DNA of 64,000 bases. It comes from Narcine bancroftii (Eukaryota). The number at the start of each line of letters is the position of its first letter. Position 1 is the first letter of the stretch. The notes under the pieces are model-generated. The model saw only the letters and a program-made list of their open reading frames with translations. It made no database searches and was not told where the DNA came from. Of the stretch, positions 1 to 12,392 are shown piece after piece. A program made the translations under genes and the position numbers. The DNA lies in assembly GCF_036971445.1 (NCBI RefSeq), contig NC_091470.1, positions 152,892,001 through 152,956,000 on the forward strand, given 5' to 3'.

Positions 1-140
1 TTCAATCTTAGTTATTGTTTGATACTGAATATCTTTGCTTCCTCGCCATTTTTTAAAAAGTTGTCACCAATATTTTTTCTACATGTAGATATTGGATGTA
101 GAGCTGCTGAATTAATTGCTTCCTCTTATTCCCTTGACAG

Positions 141-166
141 CACACAGGATTGATACCGATGGTTGA
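141..166 (+). CDS. DNAJC11: DNAJC11 terminal coding exon (partial gene; rest lies upstream of window)
   Basis: Pyrimidine tract + acceptor (cccttgacag|) then phase-1 exon encoding (x)HRIDTDG*, matching the vertebrate DNAJC11 C-terminus (SHRIDTDG*); tail-to-tail with THAP3 as in human synteny. Confidence 0.85.
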
Positions 167-2254
167 GGATGAGATGAGCAGTGATGTGGGTTTGGACCTG
201 AACAGAGATCAACTGCTAAACCTACTCTAAATTAAAGAGGGAATGCACATATTGTTTTTATGTATGTAGAATTTTTGTTCTTTTCTGTGTATAAAAGATG
301 AAAAAAATGCTTTTACAGATCACCAAATAAAACATTTGGCCATGGTTTTTCCATGTCATATTTGTCATTGGATGCTGTAACAGTCTGAAGTAATTCAGAC
401 ATTGCACAGCAATTCCTGTGGTCTGGAAAAAGTTTTTGTTTTAAGTCTATTTGATGTACAAAAAAATTAAAAATAAATCCAGACACTATTGCCATAATAA
501 AATTTCAGATTTAGTTTCTATTCTCCATTTGTGAATTTAGACTGTGAATAGCAGGTTATTTTAGCATGTGATCATATATGGTCTCCAATATCAGACTAGA
601 AAGGGCCTTGCTCTAAAAGTATACATATACTTTAAAAAGAATGTACAGTATTCTTTGCAGAAAAAAGTTGTTTTAAAATGGATTTCTTTGGTGACAAGGA
701 ATCCTTGCATTGTAATGGTCACCTGAAAGCTGTAAGACTCATTGGAGAATGATCCAGAGGTGAATTCTCTCCTTGGATAGTCTGAGATCCAGTGGATTCT
801 CTTGTATTAGCTGCTCTGATACCAGGTAGCCTCGGGTAGCTAAGGGGGTCAAACAAGAGCTAATTGTGCCTTTTAAAAGAGTAGGACATGCACTCACTTC
901 CTCAGTGTATACCCTCTCAAAGACAGATCTACAAATTCAACCAAAAACCTCAAATAAACTATTTGGCTAAGCCGTGAGATTACCAGTAACAACCTCAAAT
1001 CCACACATTATTTGTTTAGTTTATTTTCTTGATCCAATGGTGTCAATTTTGAGTTGAGAATGATCTCAGAGGACTCTCAATGCACTTGTACTCTGCCCAC
1101 TCATCATTAGCAGGATTTTTTTGTTAGAGTTTCTGGAAATTGATAGAGCAGGAATTCCACTTCCCCTGATCATGAGGGTTTGTTGTGACCAAATGTAGCC
1201 TTTCATGCCAAATAACAATGCTGAGATTGTCAATCAAATGTGGTGAACATGGAGGCCATACAGATTCTCTACCCTCCTGTAGTACCTGAAGCAGATCTTT
1301 TTTTCTGTTCAGGGTTTGACTTTTGATTTTCAAATCAGAGATATTAGAAATGAAAAGGCTTCTCATTTTATGTCTCCATTGTTTGCATCAAATACTCTCC
1401 AGTTTACTACACCATGTTAAATAAAGAGTAAAATTACAGTGCACTTCCCCAATAGGATGTTTTACACTTTTAACACTTTTGTGTCTTCCTTCATTAAAGC
1501 ATCAACTTGATTTGGCTCATGCTATTAGTAACAGTTTTGTAGACTCCTTAATAGGGGCTGTCGGAATTGTGCAGCCTTTAGACTGTATTAGCCTGGACCT
1601 AACAACTGTTATGTGCATGGTTTGGCCTAAATGATACTTAACTGCATCAAAATTGTGTTGCAATGCAACAGATACCAGCAATTATAACAATTGTGGTTAA
1701 GTCCAGCATTGCTAGCAGTCCATGACTTGACAAACAATGCAAATTTCTCTCTGGCTAAACAAAGAAAGTTTTCCAAGGGATTGCTGTGATGTATATAGAA
1801 TATGGGTGCTTGGAGCAAGTCCTCAGCAAACATTCAAGCAAAGAAGTTCATAATTTGGCATTGAGATGTCTCTGCAAAAGACAGTAAAACCAGGAAAGTA
1901 TGTATGTCACCTTGCATTTTGAAAGGTCAGACTTATAATCCCAAACTGGCAACTAGTATGTTACAGTTACAAATTGTGACAATCAATTGCCAGAATTCTT
2001 TACAAATCAATTACAGAGATGTTTCCAGGGACGAGCAAGACAATATGACAGGTTTCAACATTGTCACAGTTTGTAACAAGGTCAATCTCCCTCAGCAGTA
2101 TCATTTCTAGATTATGTTGACTGTCTATCCTTCAAACATCATTTTTTGCAGTTTGCACCAATGTGGAGATTTAGTGAACAATCCATTCACTCTGTTCTTC
2201 GTTTCTTCACCCTCCATATACACTCCACCCCCACCCCCCCCCCCCCCCCCGGGT

Positions 2255-2575
2255 TTAATTTATACAGTCCTGTAGGTGGGCGATGTCTGTGAGGGCCACC
2301 TCACTGGGCGTTGACTGACTCTTTGCTCTCAGGTTCTCCAATTCCTCCTTGACTGCTTGCCATTTCCTCACCATTCTCCTCATTTCCTCCTGCTTCACCT
2401 TCAGCCGCCTCCGCAGCTTCTCATTCTTTTCAAGGGCAGCAAATAGTCTCCTCTTCATCATGCCCAGGTTGGTGGCTGCATATGTGTGATCTGCACTGCC
2501 TTTAGAGGAAATCTCTTCAGTGTGGGTTGCCAGGGGTCGTTTCTTCTCTGCTCCACACTGCACTGGTTCGGGCAC
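2255..2575 (-). CDS. THAP3: THAP3 coding exon 4 (HCF-1-binding DHTY motif + coiled coil, stop)
   Basis: Acceptor ttctactctcag|GTG; VPEPVQ...SADHTYAA...LFAALEKNEKLRRRLK...CIN*; DHxY motif followed by coiled coil is typical of THAP proteins. Confidence 0.85.
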   Translation of the reverse strand: MPEPVQCGAEKKRPLATHTEEISSKGSADHTYAATNLGMMKRRLFAALEKNEKLRRRLKVKQEEMRRMVRKWQAVKEELENLRAKSQSTPSEVALTDIAHLQDCIN

Positions 2576-3210
2576 CTGAGAGTAGAAATTCATGATGACT
2601 CAACAGTAATAAATTGATAGGGTAAGCACAGGTCAAAAGGGTAGATCACATCACCCTATTTGTGAGACCAAACCCTTCTGCAAATGCAACTGAGCAAGTC
2701 AGTTTTCATTTGAACATTAACAGCCATAAAGTTTATAACTGCACTCTTATAGATTTGCATGCTATAAATGTCCACATTTAAAATGAACAATTGCTTATAT
2801 TTGACAGTGTTATTAAACCATTTAAGATTTATATATTTTCACTAATTTCAAAGTTTTCTGATGCAGTGTCTTAAATGGCCTATTTATTACTGTAAGAAAA
2901 GCTGTTCTTGCTCACCAGTTTGCATTGAAGCTCTTTCATCCGAGAACAAATATAAATCAGGAAATGTGTCGCTTCCAATGAGAAGGCAGATGGGACCTCA
3001 ATTTAAAAATTTTACTCAAAAACTGGCACTACCAATAGAGCAGTACTGTACTGCATGAAAGGATAACTTTAACTCAGATGAATGTGTTACCCACTGAGTC
3101 ACAGGAAAATATCAAGTTTCCCCAAAGGAGGGAGCATTCTGTTTCCCACCACTCCCCTCTCAAATGCTCAACCATTCAGGTTTAATGTGCTTTGACTTTC
3201 AAATACCCAC

Positions 3211-3306
3211 CATTTCAGGCATTTCTTCGGCAATTTCAGTCTTAACAACCTCAGTCTTTGTAGCTTCACTGATTATTTTCAGCTTTTTCCTTGCACGATG
3301 TCTCTG
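3211..3306 (-). CDS. THAP3: THAP3 coding exon 3 (linker)
   Basis: tttcccag|CAG...GAAATG|gtgggt; 96 nt, phase 0/0, open: QRHRARKKLKIISEATKTEVVKTEIAEEMPEM; NAGNAG acceptor allows alternative start at 3303. Confidence 0.7.
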
Positions 3307-3750
3307 CTGGGAAATGAACAGAAGTTATGGACCATAACTTTAGAATGGGTTGAAGAAAGGTCCTCTTCATAATGTGTAAAAATGATGACTGGCTGAGGGA
3401 CTGACTCCACAATCAATGATAATCCACCAGCACTTTGTCCAAGCACCCATGAGTCTCAATATTATTTTTTGAATTCTATAACAATCTGCCAATATGGTTG
3501 AACTGAGATAGAACATCTCATGCATTGTTTGTACAGTGATAGAGATTTAACAGAACGTCTGCATGGCACAAGGAAAACCTTCTCATTTTGGATCAAGTAC
3601 TTCGAGTCAAACCTCTAACTTTGTTCTCAATGAAGATCTCAAAATCAAACCTTTTTTTTCCCCCCCACACTTAGCCATCGAACTAACATATAAATTTCCT
3701 ATGCACCAGAGTACAATCTTAATGGAAGCTTTCAAACCATCTATTTAGAT

Positions 3751-4428
3751 TAGTGGTTCTCAACCTTTTTCGGTGGTCTAAGGCCCACCTGGCGTCCAGC
3801 CTAGTATGCCCTCTAGTGGCATAACATAGGAAAACACTAATTTTATTGCAATTTACAAAGGGTTGATTTCCAAACAATTATCATACATAAATACAGTGTG
3901 TTAATTTATGTTTAATTTATTTCTATGGTGTCAGGATGTTTCCTTGAACATTAAAGTTTATTCATTTGCTCCCAACTGCCAAGTAAACTTGTAACATACC
4001 CTCTAGACAAGCAATCCCATCTAAGGTAAATTTTCAATGAAAATTTTTGCAAAAATTATTTATAACTAATTTTAGAGGAGAAATATATAGGCGCAAAATA
4101 TAACCTTTAAGCAGGCGCCTCTTGAGTCTTGACTGAAGTGAAGAACAACAGGCAGAAAGAAGACAGAAAATACACTTCTGAATCTGGCTTGTGTGGAGGA
4201 CTGATAGGAACTGTGACTTAGTGCTGAGCGCTAAGATGCTTATATTGAGAGCCAGCCAGATGATCTCACTGACCTCAGTAGCAGATTGTTCACCACCCCA
4301 ACCAAGGTTACCTGGGAGGACTGAGACATGATATCAGACCTACCCTGACCTCAGTGGGTTGGGAAGTTTCCATGGCCCACATGGAAACATGCTATGGTAG
4401 ACCATGGCCCCCTGGTTGGGAATCACTG
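3751..4428. mobile_element. Non-autonomous hAT (Charlie-like) DNA element
   Basis: Termini tagtggttctcaacc ... ggttgggaatcactg; flanks atttagat / gtctagat resemble a decayed 8-bp NTCTAGAN TSD. Confidence 0.65.
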
Positions 4429-4751
4429 GTCTAGATTAAAACCTGAGATGCAGAGAAGGCTAGTGTCAACTATCCTGTTTAACTCTTGATGCCTTTGCAC
4501 TCTCACACCTCAACAAGTGGTGAATTTATGAAAAGCCTTTTATGCCTCAAATCAATTTGTAAGACCATTCTACATACATTTCACAATATCATATAACTTA
4601 TTATGCCAAGTTAAGAGAGAGATTTTAATGAATATCTTAAAGGAGAATGAAGAGTCAGTACAAATTCCACAGGTTCGATTTTGAGGCATGGCTGCGAAAA
4701 TTGCAACAGTTAAAATCCACAATACCTAGAGGCCAGAATAGAATTAAGTAC

Positions 4752-4944
4752 CTTCACATTATCTGGGTAGTGGAAGACTGTTGGCACAGCATTATAATTC
4801 AGATTTTTTCTGTTCCCCCATGTGTTAAAACACTCTGGTTTGAAGTGGTCCGAGCAAATGACTGTGTGTCGATTGGGTTTGAATTCAGCTCTTCCTACAT
4901 TGTTCATCCACCTTTTCAACAGGTCTGGCTTGCTGAATGGAAAC
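4752..4944 (-). CDS. THAP3: THAP3 coding exon 2 (THAP zinc-finger domain, C-terminal part)
   Basis: ttacttag|G TTT CCA...GTG AAG|gtactt; FPFSKPDLLKRWMNNVGRAEFKPNRHTVICSDHFKPECFNTWGNRKNLNYNAVPTVF, C2CH THAP signature with AVPTVF box; GNRKNL is THAP3-like. Confidence 0.93.
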
Positions 4945-5147
4945 CTAAGTAATTGGAAAAGATTACCTATGAATGAAAGTCTGTCTTTTCAACAGCAGAT
5001 TGAATTCCCCTTACATTATTCAATCTCACATAAACAGTGAATGACCCCCTCCCCCCACTTTGCCCACCATTACTTGGCCCTATGTATCTCCTTTTCCAAC
5101 CACCAACCCTGTCTGAATACTAATATCCTGTCTCCTTCCAGCTAAAT

Positions 5148-5487
5148 CAATGGGTTTTCAAACGTTTTTTTTTCCATTCACATTCACGTGCTTTGTGATT
5201 AGTAAGGGATTGCTTAAGGTAGTACGTGAGTGGAAAGAAAAAGTTTGAAAACCACTGTTTTAATCGTACCTAATTGACTTATTACATGCATGGTTTCATA
5301 ACTCCAAAGGAAATCGGCCAATGACAATTTTTTTCAAGCAAAATATTTCAGTAACAATTGGGTCTAGAGCAGTGTTTCTCAACTTTCCCTTCCCACTGAC
5401 ATACTACTATCCCTTACTAAGAGCACCTATGGCATAAGGATTACTTAAAGTGGTATGTAAATGGAAAGAAAAAGTTTGAAAACACTG
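5148..5487. mobile_element. Composite hAT-type MITE (two short units plus spacer)
   Basis: Perfect 8-bp TSD agctaaat at 5140-5147 and 5488-5495; TIR-like ends caatgggttttcaaac / gtttgaaaacactg; internal TIRs near 5244-5257 and 5370-5384. Confidence 0.75.
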
Positions 5488-5556
5488 AGCTAAATCATTG
5501 CATTATTTTAATATATTGATTGATTGGTCATTTATACCACTGGTTATCAACTCTAT

Positions 5557-5975
5557 ATGAATGATGCCCTTTTCTAAAGATTATCTCTAACAAATAAAGT
5601 ACTTGTCTCTGTAGTTTAACAGTAATTTTACACGTTATGAATAAAATGATTATCATTTATATTTGCAAAATTATCAATCTGTATTTCTGACAGATTTACT
5701 TACCTGTGTCAGGTGAATTATCTTACATGAATGTGCTGCAATATCTTTGCACAATTTTAATTTATGCCAATGATCTCAGTACCACATGAATGATGCCCTT
5801 TTCTAGAGATTATCTCTAACAAATGAAGTACTTGTTTCTAATGTATTATTGTAGTTTAACAGTAATTTTAAACTTCATGAATAAAATAATTATCATGTGT
5901 ATATGCAAAACTATTAATGTGTATTCCTGACACCTATCAGGTGTGATGTGCTGGTGCTCGAGTATCTTTGCACAC
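5557..5975. repeat. Diverged tandem duplication (~230-bp period, 2 copies) in THAP3 intron 1
   Basis: atgaatgatgcccttttcta.agattatctctaacaaat...atctttgcaca occurs from 5557 and again from 5786. Confidence 0.8.
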
Positions 5976-6181
5976 GGATGTATTAGTTTTTAAAAGTGGT
6001 TCGAAAGTACATTTGCCTGCTGATTGTTAATATTCCAGATCTTTGATAAATTTACCTATGACAGGTAAGTTATTGGTTCCCAAATCCGCTGCTGAGAATT
6101 AAATATCTGTAAATTGGACATCATTTGTTGTATTTAACGCCTTCTGTGGTCGATCTTTTGCTGAGCCCCTGCTCCGTTTAC

Positions 6182-6255
6182 CTGTGGAAGGTGAGCTCCT
6201 TGTTCTTGCTGCTGTACCTGTTGGTACAGTTGTAGGCAGCGCACGACTTGGGCAT
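6182..6255 (-). CDS. THAP3: THAP3 coding exon 1
   Basis: ATG at 6255; MPKSCAAYNCTNRYSSKNKELTFH(R)|gtaaac; 74 nt, phase 2, joins exon 2 in frame. Confidence 0.93.
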
Positions 6256-6800
6256 GTCCCAGTGGCAGCCCCGCTCTTGCCCTCCACAATAATGGCGGCC
6301 GACCGGCAACACCCGCCTCGCCGCCACCCCTCACAGCAAAATGGCGCCGCCGCTCTCACCCGCCCATCAAACGGCACGAAGGCAGCATCAGGATTTTTTT
6401 AAAATGACCCTCCACCCCTCTCCCTGGCCGAGACTTTCCGAATCGACCGAAGAAAATATAACCACACCTTTAAATGTCCCTCGCCTCAGAAAGAGCTCGG
6501 GTTTTTTTTAACGGTGGGGGCAGGAGCTTTCTCGGTGACGGCAAAGGGGACGTCGTGCGTGATGACATCGGAGCCCGAGTGGGGACAAGCTGGCCGCTCC
6601 GGTGGAATCCTTACCGGAAAGTTTTGGTTAATCTGGTAAAAAGAAAAATTCCCCTCGATTTTGGTTAATCTGGTATTTGATTGCTCAGTTTGAAAGAACG
6701 TCTGACGTGGCGAAAGGCTACAGAGATGTGGAAGGGTGTGAGTGACGGGCCGAAAGGTGGTCGCCAGACACTCGCTGTCCTTCCCTCACGCCTCGTGGTC
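6256..6800 (-). promoter_or_regulatory. THAP3 CpG-rich promoter / 5' UTR
   Basis: CpG-dense; YY1-like GCCATT motifs (~6291-6300, ~6338-6348), ETS-like ccggaa (~6614), CRE-like tgacgt (~6703). Confidence 0.6.
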
Positions 6801-7906
6801 ATGGCAAAACCCTCCTGCAACAACCTGGCAGCATTTGCCACCCATTCTGCTTATTCCTCAGGCCACATATCCTCGCCTCCGATAGCCACTGAAAAGACCT
6901 GCTGAGTTACTACAGATTTTTCGTGGCTCACCCAGCAATTATTATCCATCACCTGCATTGGTGGTGAGACTGCAAATCTGCCCCCCGTGCCCAACAGGGA
7001 CATTTGTTTAATGCTGTGAGGGGGGCAATGATAGAGCAGTTTTCTTGTATTAAATAGGAGAAACAAAAAGAAAATTCACAGCAGGGCAGTCAGCAACTGT
7101 TGTCGCCCCCAACTGTGAATGATGATGGTCAGAAATTAAACATGAACCTGTCTTTACTGACAAGAGCTGCAATTATTCCTAAGCATCTCCTAGTTTTGGC
7201 CTCTTTCTCATTCCCCCCCCCCCCATATTGCCTTTTCCCCAACTGATTGTTTTTCCCTGCCTCCTTTCGCAGAGCCAAAAATCAATTCTCAGCTCTTCTG
7301 GTCATCTCCAATTACACCCTTCGTGACCTGGACTCATCACCTCACCAGCCTTGTCCCTGTTCTTTATTCCTTGAAGACCTGAAACATCAGTAATACATCT
7401 TTACCTTTTATGGATGCTGCAAGACCAGCTGAGTTCCTTTAGCATTTTACTCTAATCACAGCATCTTACAGACTTTTTTTTCAGCAATTCTTTCCACTTA
7501 TCAATGCTCAAGCATTAATTGGAATATAAACCATCTATTAATAAATGTAAAGGTTATGAAAATATTTAAGTACTTATGAAAACAAAAATTGGTGAGGTAT
7601 TTTGACAAAGGTGACACTAACTCACATTTTTGTGGTCAGGCCAAAAGAGGTGGGATTGAGGAAAGAACATTTGTAGATGATGACGTACTTACGAAGGAGA
7701 ACCTGAGGTAGAAGCTATTTATCATTCAACATCTAACTGTTCCCTACCTGATCTTGGGCTTGGGTGTAAAATGGTGAGAATTTTGGTCAGGATCAGCCCC
7801 TTATACCATTGGTTTGATTTCCTTTGTATGGCATGAGAAAGTGGGGGGGGGGGGAAAGAAAAAAAATCACAACAGGTTCATCAATTAAAATACCAATAGT
7901 TAAATC

Positions 7907-7912
7907 TTTATT
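7907..7912 (-). terminator. Probable PHF13 polyadenylation signal
   Basis: AATAAA on minus strand (second one at 7961-7966) followed by U/GU-rich tract; implies ~2.6-kb 3' UTR. Confidence 0.55.
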
Positions 7913-10510
7913 TACAAAATAACTTCCGATATACACGTACAAAGTTTCACAGAAACAAGGTTTATTTTTGTTCCGCTTTGATAAATTGTTCATGGAGACA
8001 TTTCAACATTTCCTGCAAGATCACTGCACAGTGTCCCCAAATCAGAAATTTGTTCAGCCCTGCATGACAATTTACTGCAGATATTCTCATTGGGAGCAAG
8101 AGCTGCACAAATCCTTGTAAAGTCACAATGCTGCTTAATTAACATCACCCTCATCCTCAGTAAGTTAAATGAGGGCAAGTATTCCTCCAGTCAAATAGGT
8201 TTTGATTACATACCAATGAACATTTTACAATATTGTTTTATTTCAGTTTGCTAGATTTCTGGTACCCTCTTTAATTAAAACTGTATACAGATGTTAGATA
8301 AGGATTTTTACTCCTAAAAGCATCAACTTCCTTTGAACCAGGAAATAGTCACCAGGGTACAGCTGGCCTTTCCAGTTATTGTTCACATCTCAAGCCTTGG
8401 TAGCATGTGGGGTGAATTCATTATCTCTGGTTCACACACTGAAGCCCAACCATCTTTGCTCATTGTGCAACCATTGCAAACATTAACTTTAGATGTCAAA
8501 AGTTAAGAATCTTGGTCAATGTTTGATGAGATCTTTTACATTCAACCCAATGAATATAGGCTCATAACCCAAATCTTTTTCTCACCTCCCAATCCTTCCT
8601 ATGGGGGAAAACAAAAATTGATGAGGTACTTTGACAAAGGAGACTTACCAGCCCACATTTTTCTTGTCAGGAAAAAAGAGGTGGGATTGGGGAAAGAACA
8701 TTTGGAGAAGAAGTCATATTACTCTTGTATATATTAATGTAAGATGGGTTGATTGTCAGACACTTTAATACTCACTTTATCTTTAACTGTATCTTCTCAT
8801 TGTTATATTTTGGCTAGTTTAGAAAAATGGTTAAAATAGAAAGAGATAGAAGATCTGATTGGGAAGAAAGTGGCGCATGGAATAAAGTCAGTCTCATTTC
8901 ACATATTTTCCCTTTAAACAAAAATGGGCAAAACTTCTGCACTTTAATTCTGATAAAATTCAGTATGGACCTCTTTCCTGTCAGTGACTTCACTGGAGTC
9001 AGGATTGAGAAGATCTAAAATGGCAAATATCCGTAGGATAAAACACTGAGATTAAAAATACACACAATATTTTTATGGCAATATTCATTTTACAGTATAC
9101 AGACGGAAGGGTGCACACGAAAGACAATCCCCTTCGGGTATTTTGAAGTACAGAATAAAAAGATGAAGGCAAGGGAACCGCATAAATAGATGGTGATTTC
9201 CTTCTCACAAAGTTTCAGTTTGGCTTTCATTCCAATATAGAACCTAAAAGACAATAAACAGTCGATTTTTTTTTTTAAATGTAACATATCTGAGTGGAAA
9301 TCCTTTCTGCCCAGACCTTTCAGCAGCTAAAATAGGACCAGCAACTTAAGTTGATGCAAAGATGAGATTTAATTCAACAATAGTTTTAAAACCTGGCTCT
9401 TAAGATTTTATTTTCTTCTCACATCAAGTATGATTTTAATCACCAAACTTTACCCATTTCAAACCATGTAGTCTTTCCAAAATAGAAATATTCTTGAAAA
9501 AGCATAGAAATTGCTTTCACGATTCCAAATCTTTTTAAAACATTATCAATCATACCTGTAGTTAATGAACCCAGTATGTTCAAGACTTCCTTACCCATTG
9601 GTCACTGAATTTTACCACAGTTATCTAACTTTGGATACTGATTATTTAGAGCAGGTGGATTTTAACTAAATGCATTTTTTTTTTTTTAAAAATGCAGTTG
9701 GGGGAGAATGAATAATTCTAAATAATTTCTCTTGTATTAAAGCTGTCAAATACTGGAAATATGAGAAACAAAAATAATTTATAAAATTCTAGAAATACAC
9801 AGCCTGGCAATCATCACCTGTGAAGAAAGAGGTTGTGGCACCAACTGTGTATGATGGTCAGAAATTAAACATAAACCTGCCTTTACTAACTTCAATAGGA
9901 CAGAACTGCAGTGTATCATAGTATCTGGTTTTATTGCACTATTAAATGCCAGGCCACCAGTTATATTTAATACTTATTTTTCCACTTTGACAAATTTAGA
10001 GGTTTTTTTTTTTAAGGCTTTGTATATTGCACTGGGTCCCTTTTATTTACTTGAGACTCTTCTCACCAAAAGGACTGAAGAGAAAGGAAGAAGGGAACGA
10101 TGAATGAAGAATGTTTCCATCCTTGCTTTCTTATGTGGATTTTGGCCTTTTATCATTTTATCTTGTTTGGGGCCAGGATTGATCACCAATGGGAGGGTCA
10201 AAAGGAAAAGGAATACAGTAATCAGTACATGTGCCCATACCTCCCAAACCGTTCATTCTCAATGTCCAAGTTCCATTGTGCTGGATTAACCAAGACTATC
10301 ATTGATTTAAGTCCTGATCTCACAAGGTCTAAATTAGAGATCACAAGGGTGAACAGAAAGACAATCAAAAAAAGCAGACAATTTTTGCAAGAATGGGTTG
10401 AAGTCTCCAAGCAAGTCTAAATCAGTCTCTTTCGTCTTAAAAAAGGCTTTTTCTGCCCAATCATTTCAAATTCTCTTTTCTCTCCCAGATGTAAAACAAA
10501 CCAGGAACCC

Positions 10511-10737
10511 TCAATCAAGGAAATGCTTCCTGCAACCGGTCCGGGATCGGTTTGATCGTCGAATATCACATTTTGAATCTCGGCACCTTTGACAGACATA
10601 CACCTCTGGGACATTGGACTTGCGGATTTTGGCACAGGACAGATGAATCCAGGTACCACACTCATTACACTCTATCATTGGCCGACCAGCGAATGGCTTC
10701 ATGCAGTAACACGTCACCAGGTCCCAGGAATCATCAT
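10511..10737 (-). CDS. PHF13: PHF13 exon 4 (PHD finger, stop)
   Basis: cag|AT GAT GAT TCC TGG; [56 protein letters not shown]...FLD*; C4HC3 PHD nearly identical to vertebrate PHF13. Confidence 0.95.
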
Positions 10738-12392
10738 CTGTTCAGGAAGAACTTTCAAAAGTTAATCACCACTCGGATAACAACATTTTGCATATCTACA
10801 TCAGTTTTCACAAGGTCAGTAATTCCTGAAGTGCTTGACAGCAGTTTGAGTTGCATTTGTTCATTTGATGTACACAAGTACAGTATTTACTTGTGCTTTG
10901 CAAAATTTTATTATAACCATGGTAATAATCAGGTAAGTTTCATTGGTTAAGGGATAAATATTAACCAAAATAGGACACTTTTCTTCAAAATAACAGCTAC
11001 TTTTTTTTTAAAAAGACACCCAACAAACAAACGAGACCTCAGTTTGACACCATCTCATTTGGAAGATCTCACTTCTAACACCGTACGTTCCCCACTATTG
11101 GCACTTGTCGCAAAGGAGTCTAGATCTTTTGTTCAGGTTTATGAAGTGGGCTTCAACATTGAGACAAATGTTACAAATGCACTGTATTGGGTCTTCCACG
11201 ATATTCGGTTGCAGAGGTGAGGCACGAAAGACAAGCAAGGAAGTTTGAACTTCAGATACATTTAGAACCAAATAATATGCAGTTAAATAGCATCATGTGA
11301 GCAAAACAAAGTTTGACTTCATTTTAAAGTCGTATATTCACCAGTGCCCAAAGACGTCAACATTTCAGTCCAAACTCGGCAGAACTTGTTAGACTGCTCC
11401 CACTTTTCTGATGAGACATGACGCATTTTGAACTGGGTTGAGATGGCTACTGACATGTCACAGAGAGCAAGAGGTAATCCTATTGTTCAGATTGATCATG
11501 ATGGGACATAAAGTTGACATAAATACCAGATTTTAGGCATTACAAACTGTGTCAAGTCTTTTTAAAAGGCTTATTATCCACTTTGGTTCTGTAACCTTGA
11601 ATATCCTGACCTACAATTTGTTGGTTTATTGGACTTTGTTTTATATCTTTTGCACGAATGTCTGCAGATCATACCTGAACACCAGTTTGAATGTCAAGGT
11701 TGTGCTCCCGTGTACGAGGCTCTTTCATCTTCAAGTAGATCAAATCTTTTGTCATCTTGAATACTTTGAACAAGTCACATACTCTCAATAATTATAATCC
11801 CTTTTAACATCATAGAGCCAAAAAATATCCAACTGAAGTCTGCCCAATAACCCTCATGAAGAAATGGCTTTAGTGTCTCAATCTGTCATTAGAATTTGTT
11901 GATCTTCACCAAAATGGCCAGGGTTAAAATTAATCTTGGTATCAATTGGGGAACAAAGTGATTACTCATGTGCCCTCTGCCAGAAGGTGTGTGCAAAATT
12001 AGAATTACAATACAATTTCCCCATGTAATCTTAAATGCCTGGTCACACTCATTTCGATTTGCAAATTTAAAAAAGGATTGGAAGAGTTGATATATTCCAA
12101 TAATAGAATTAAGCCTTATCAATGGTCAAAAAGATTTGAACAGGGCTCTCCACGAAGAGATTTATAAACTCTGAACACATTTAGCTTTTGCGGGAATTTA
12201 ACTCCTGAATTCGCTGCAAGCAGCAGGGATTTACAAGTCAGTGAGCTTTGTATCCCATTTACACTTTTGTGATTGTAAAGTATTTGCCAAAAGAACAGCC
12301 TCCAGATAAAAGCAACACGTGCTGTCACTAGTTGCTTGGAAGTTTATGACATACACAATGGACAACTGAACTATTCCAGCCACAAAAATCAT

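Noticed and set aside
2255-6255. THAP domain as a P-element transposase
   Set aside because: Short spliced protein with DHxY motif and coiled coil, no catalytic domain or TIRs; host THAP3.
7676-7755. C/D box snoRNA candidate (ATGATGA...CTGA...CTGA)
   Set aside because: No plus-strand host intron, weak terminal stem, no guide target recognised; box C lies at the edge of the duplicated UTR segment. snoscan/Infernal would settle it.
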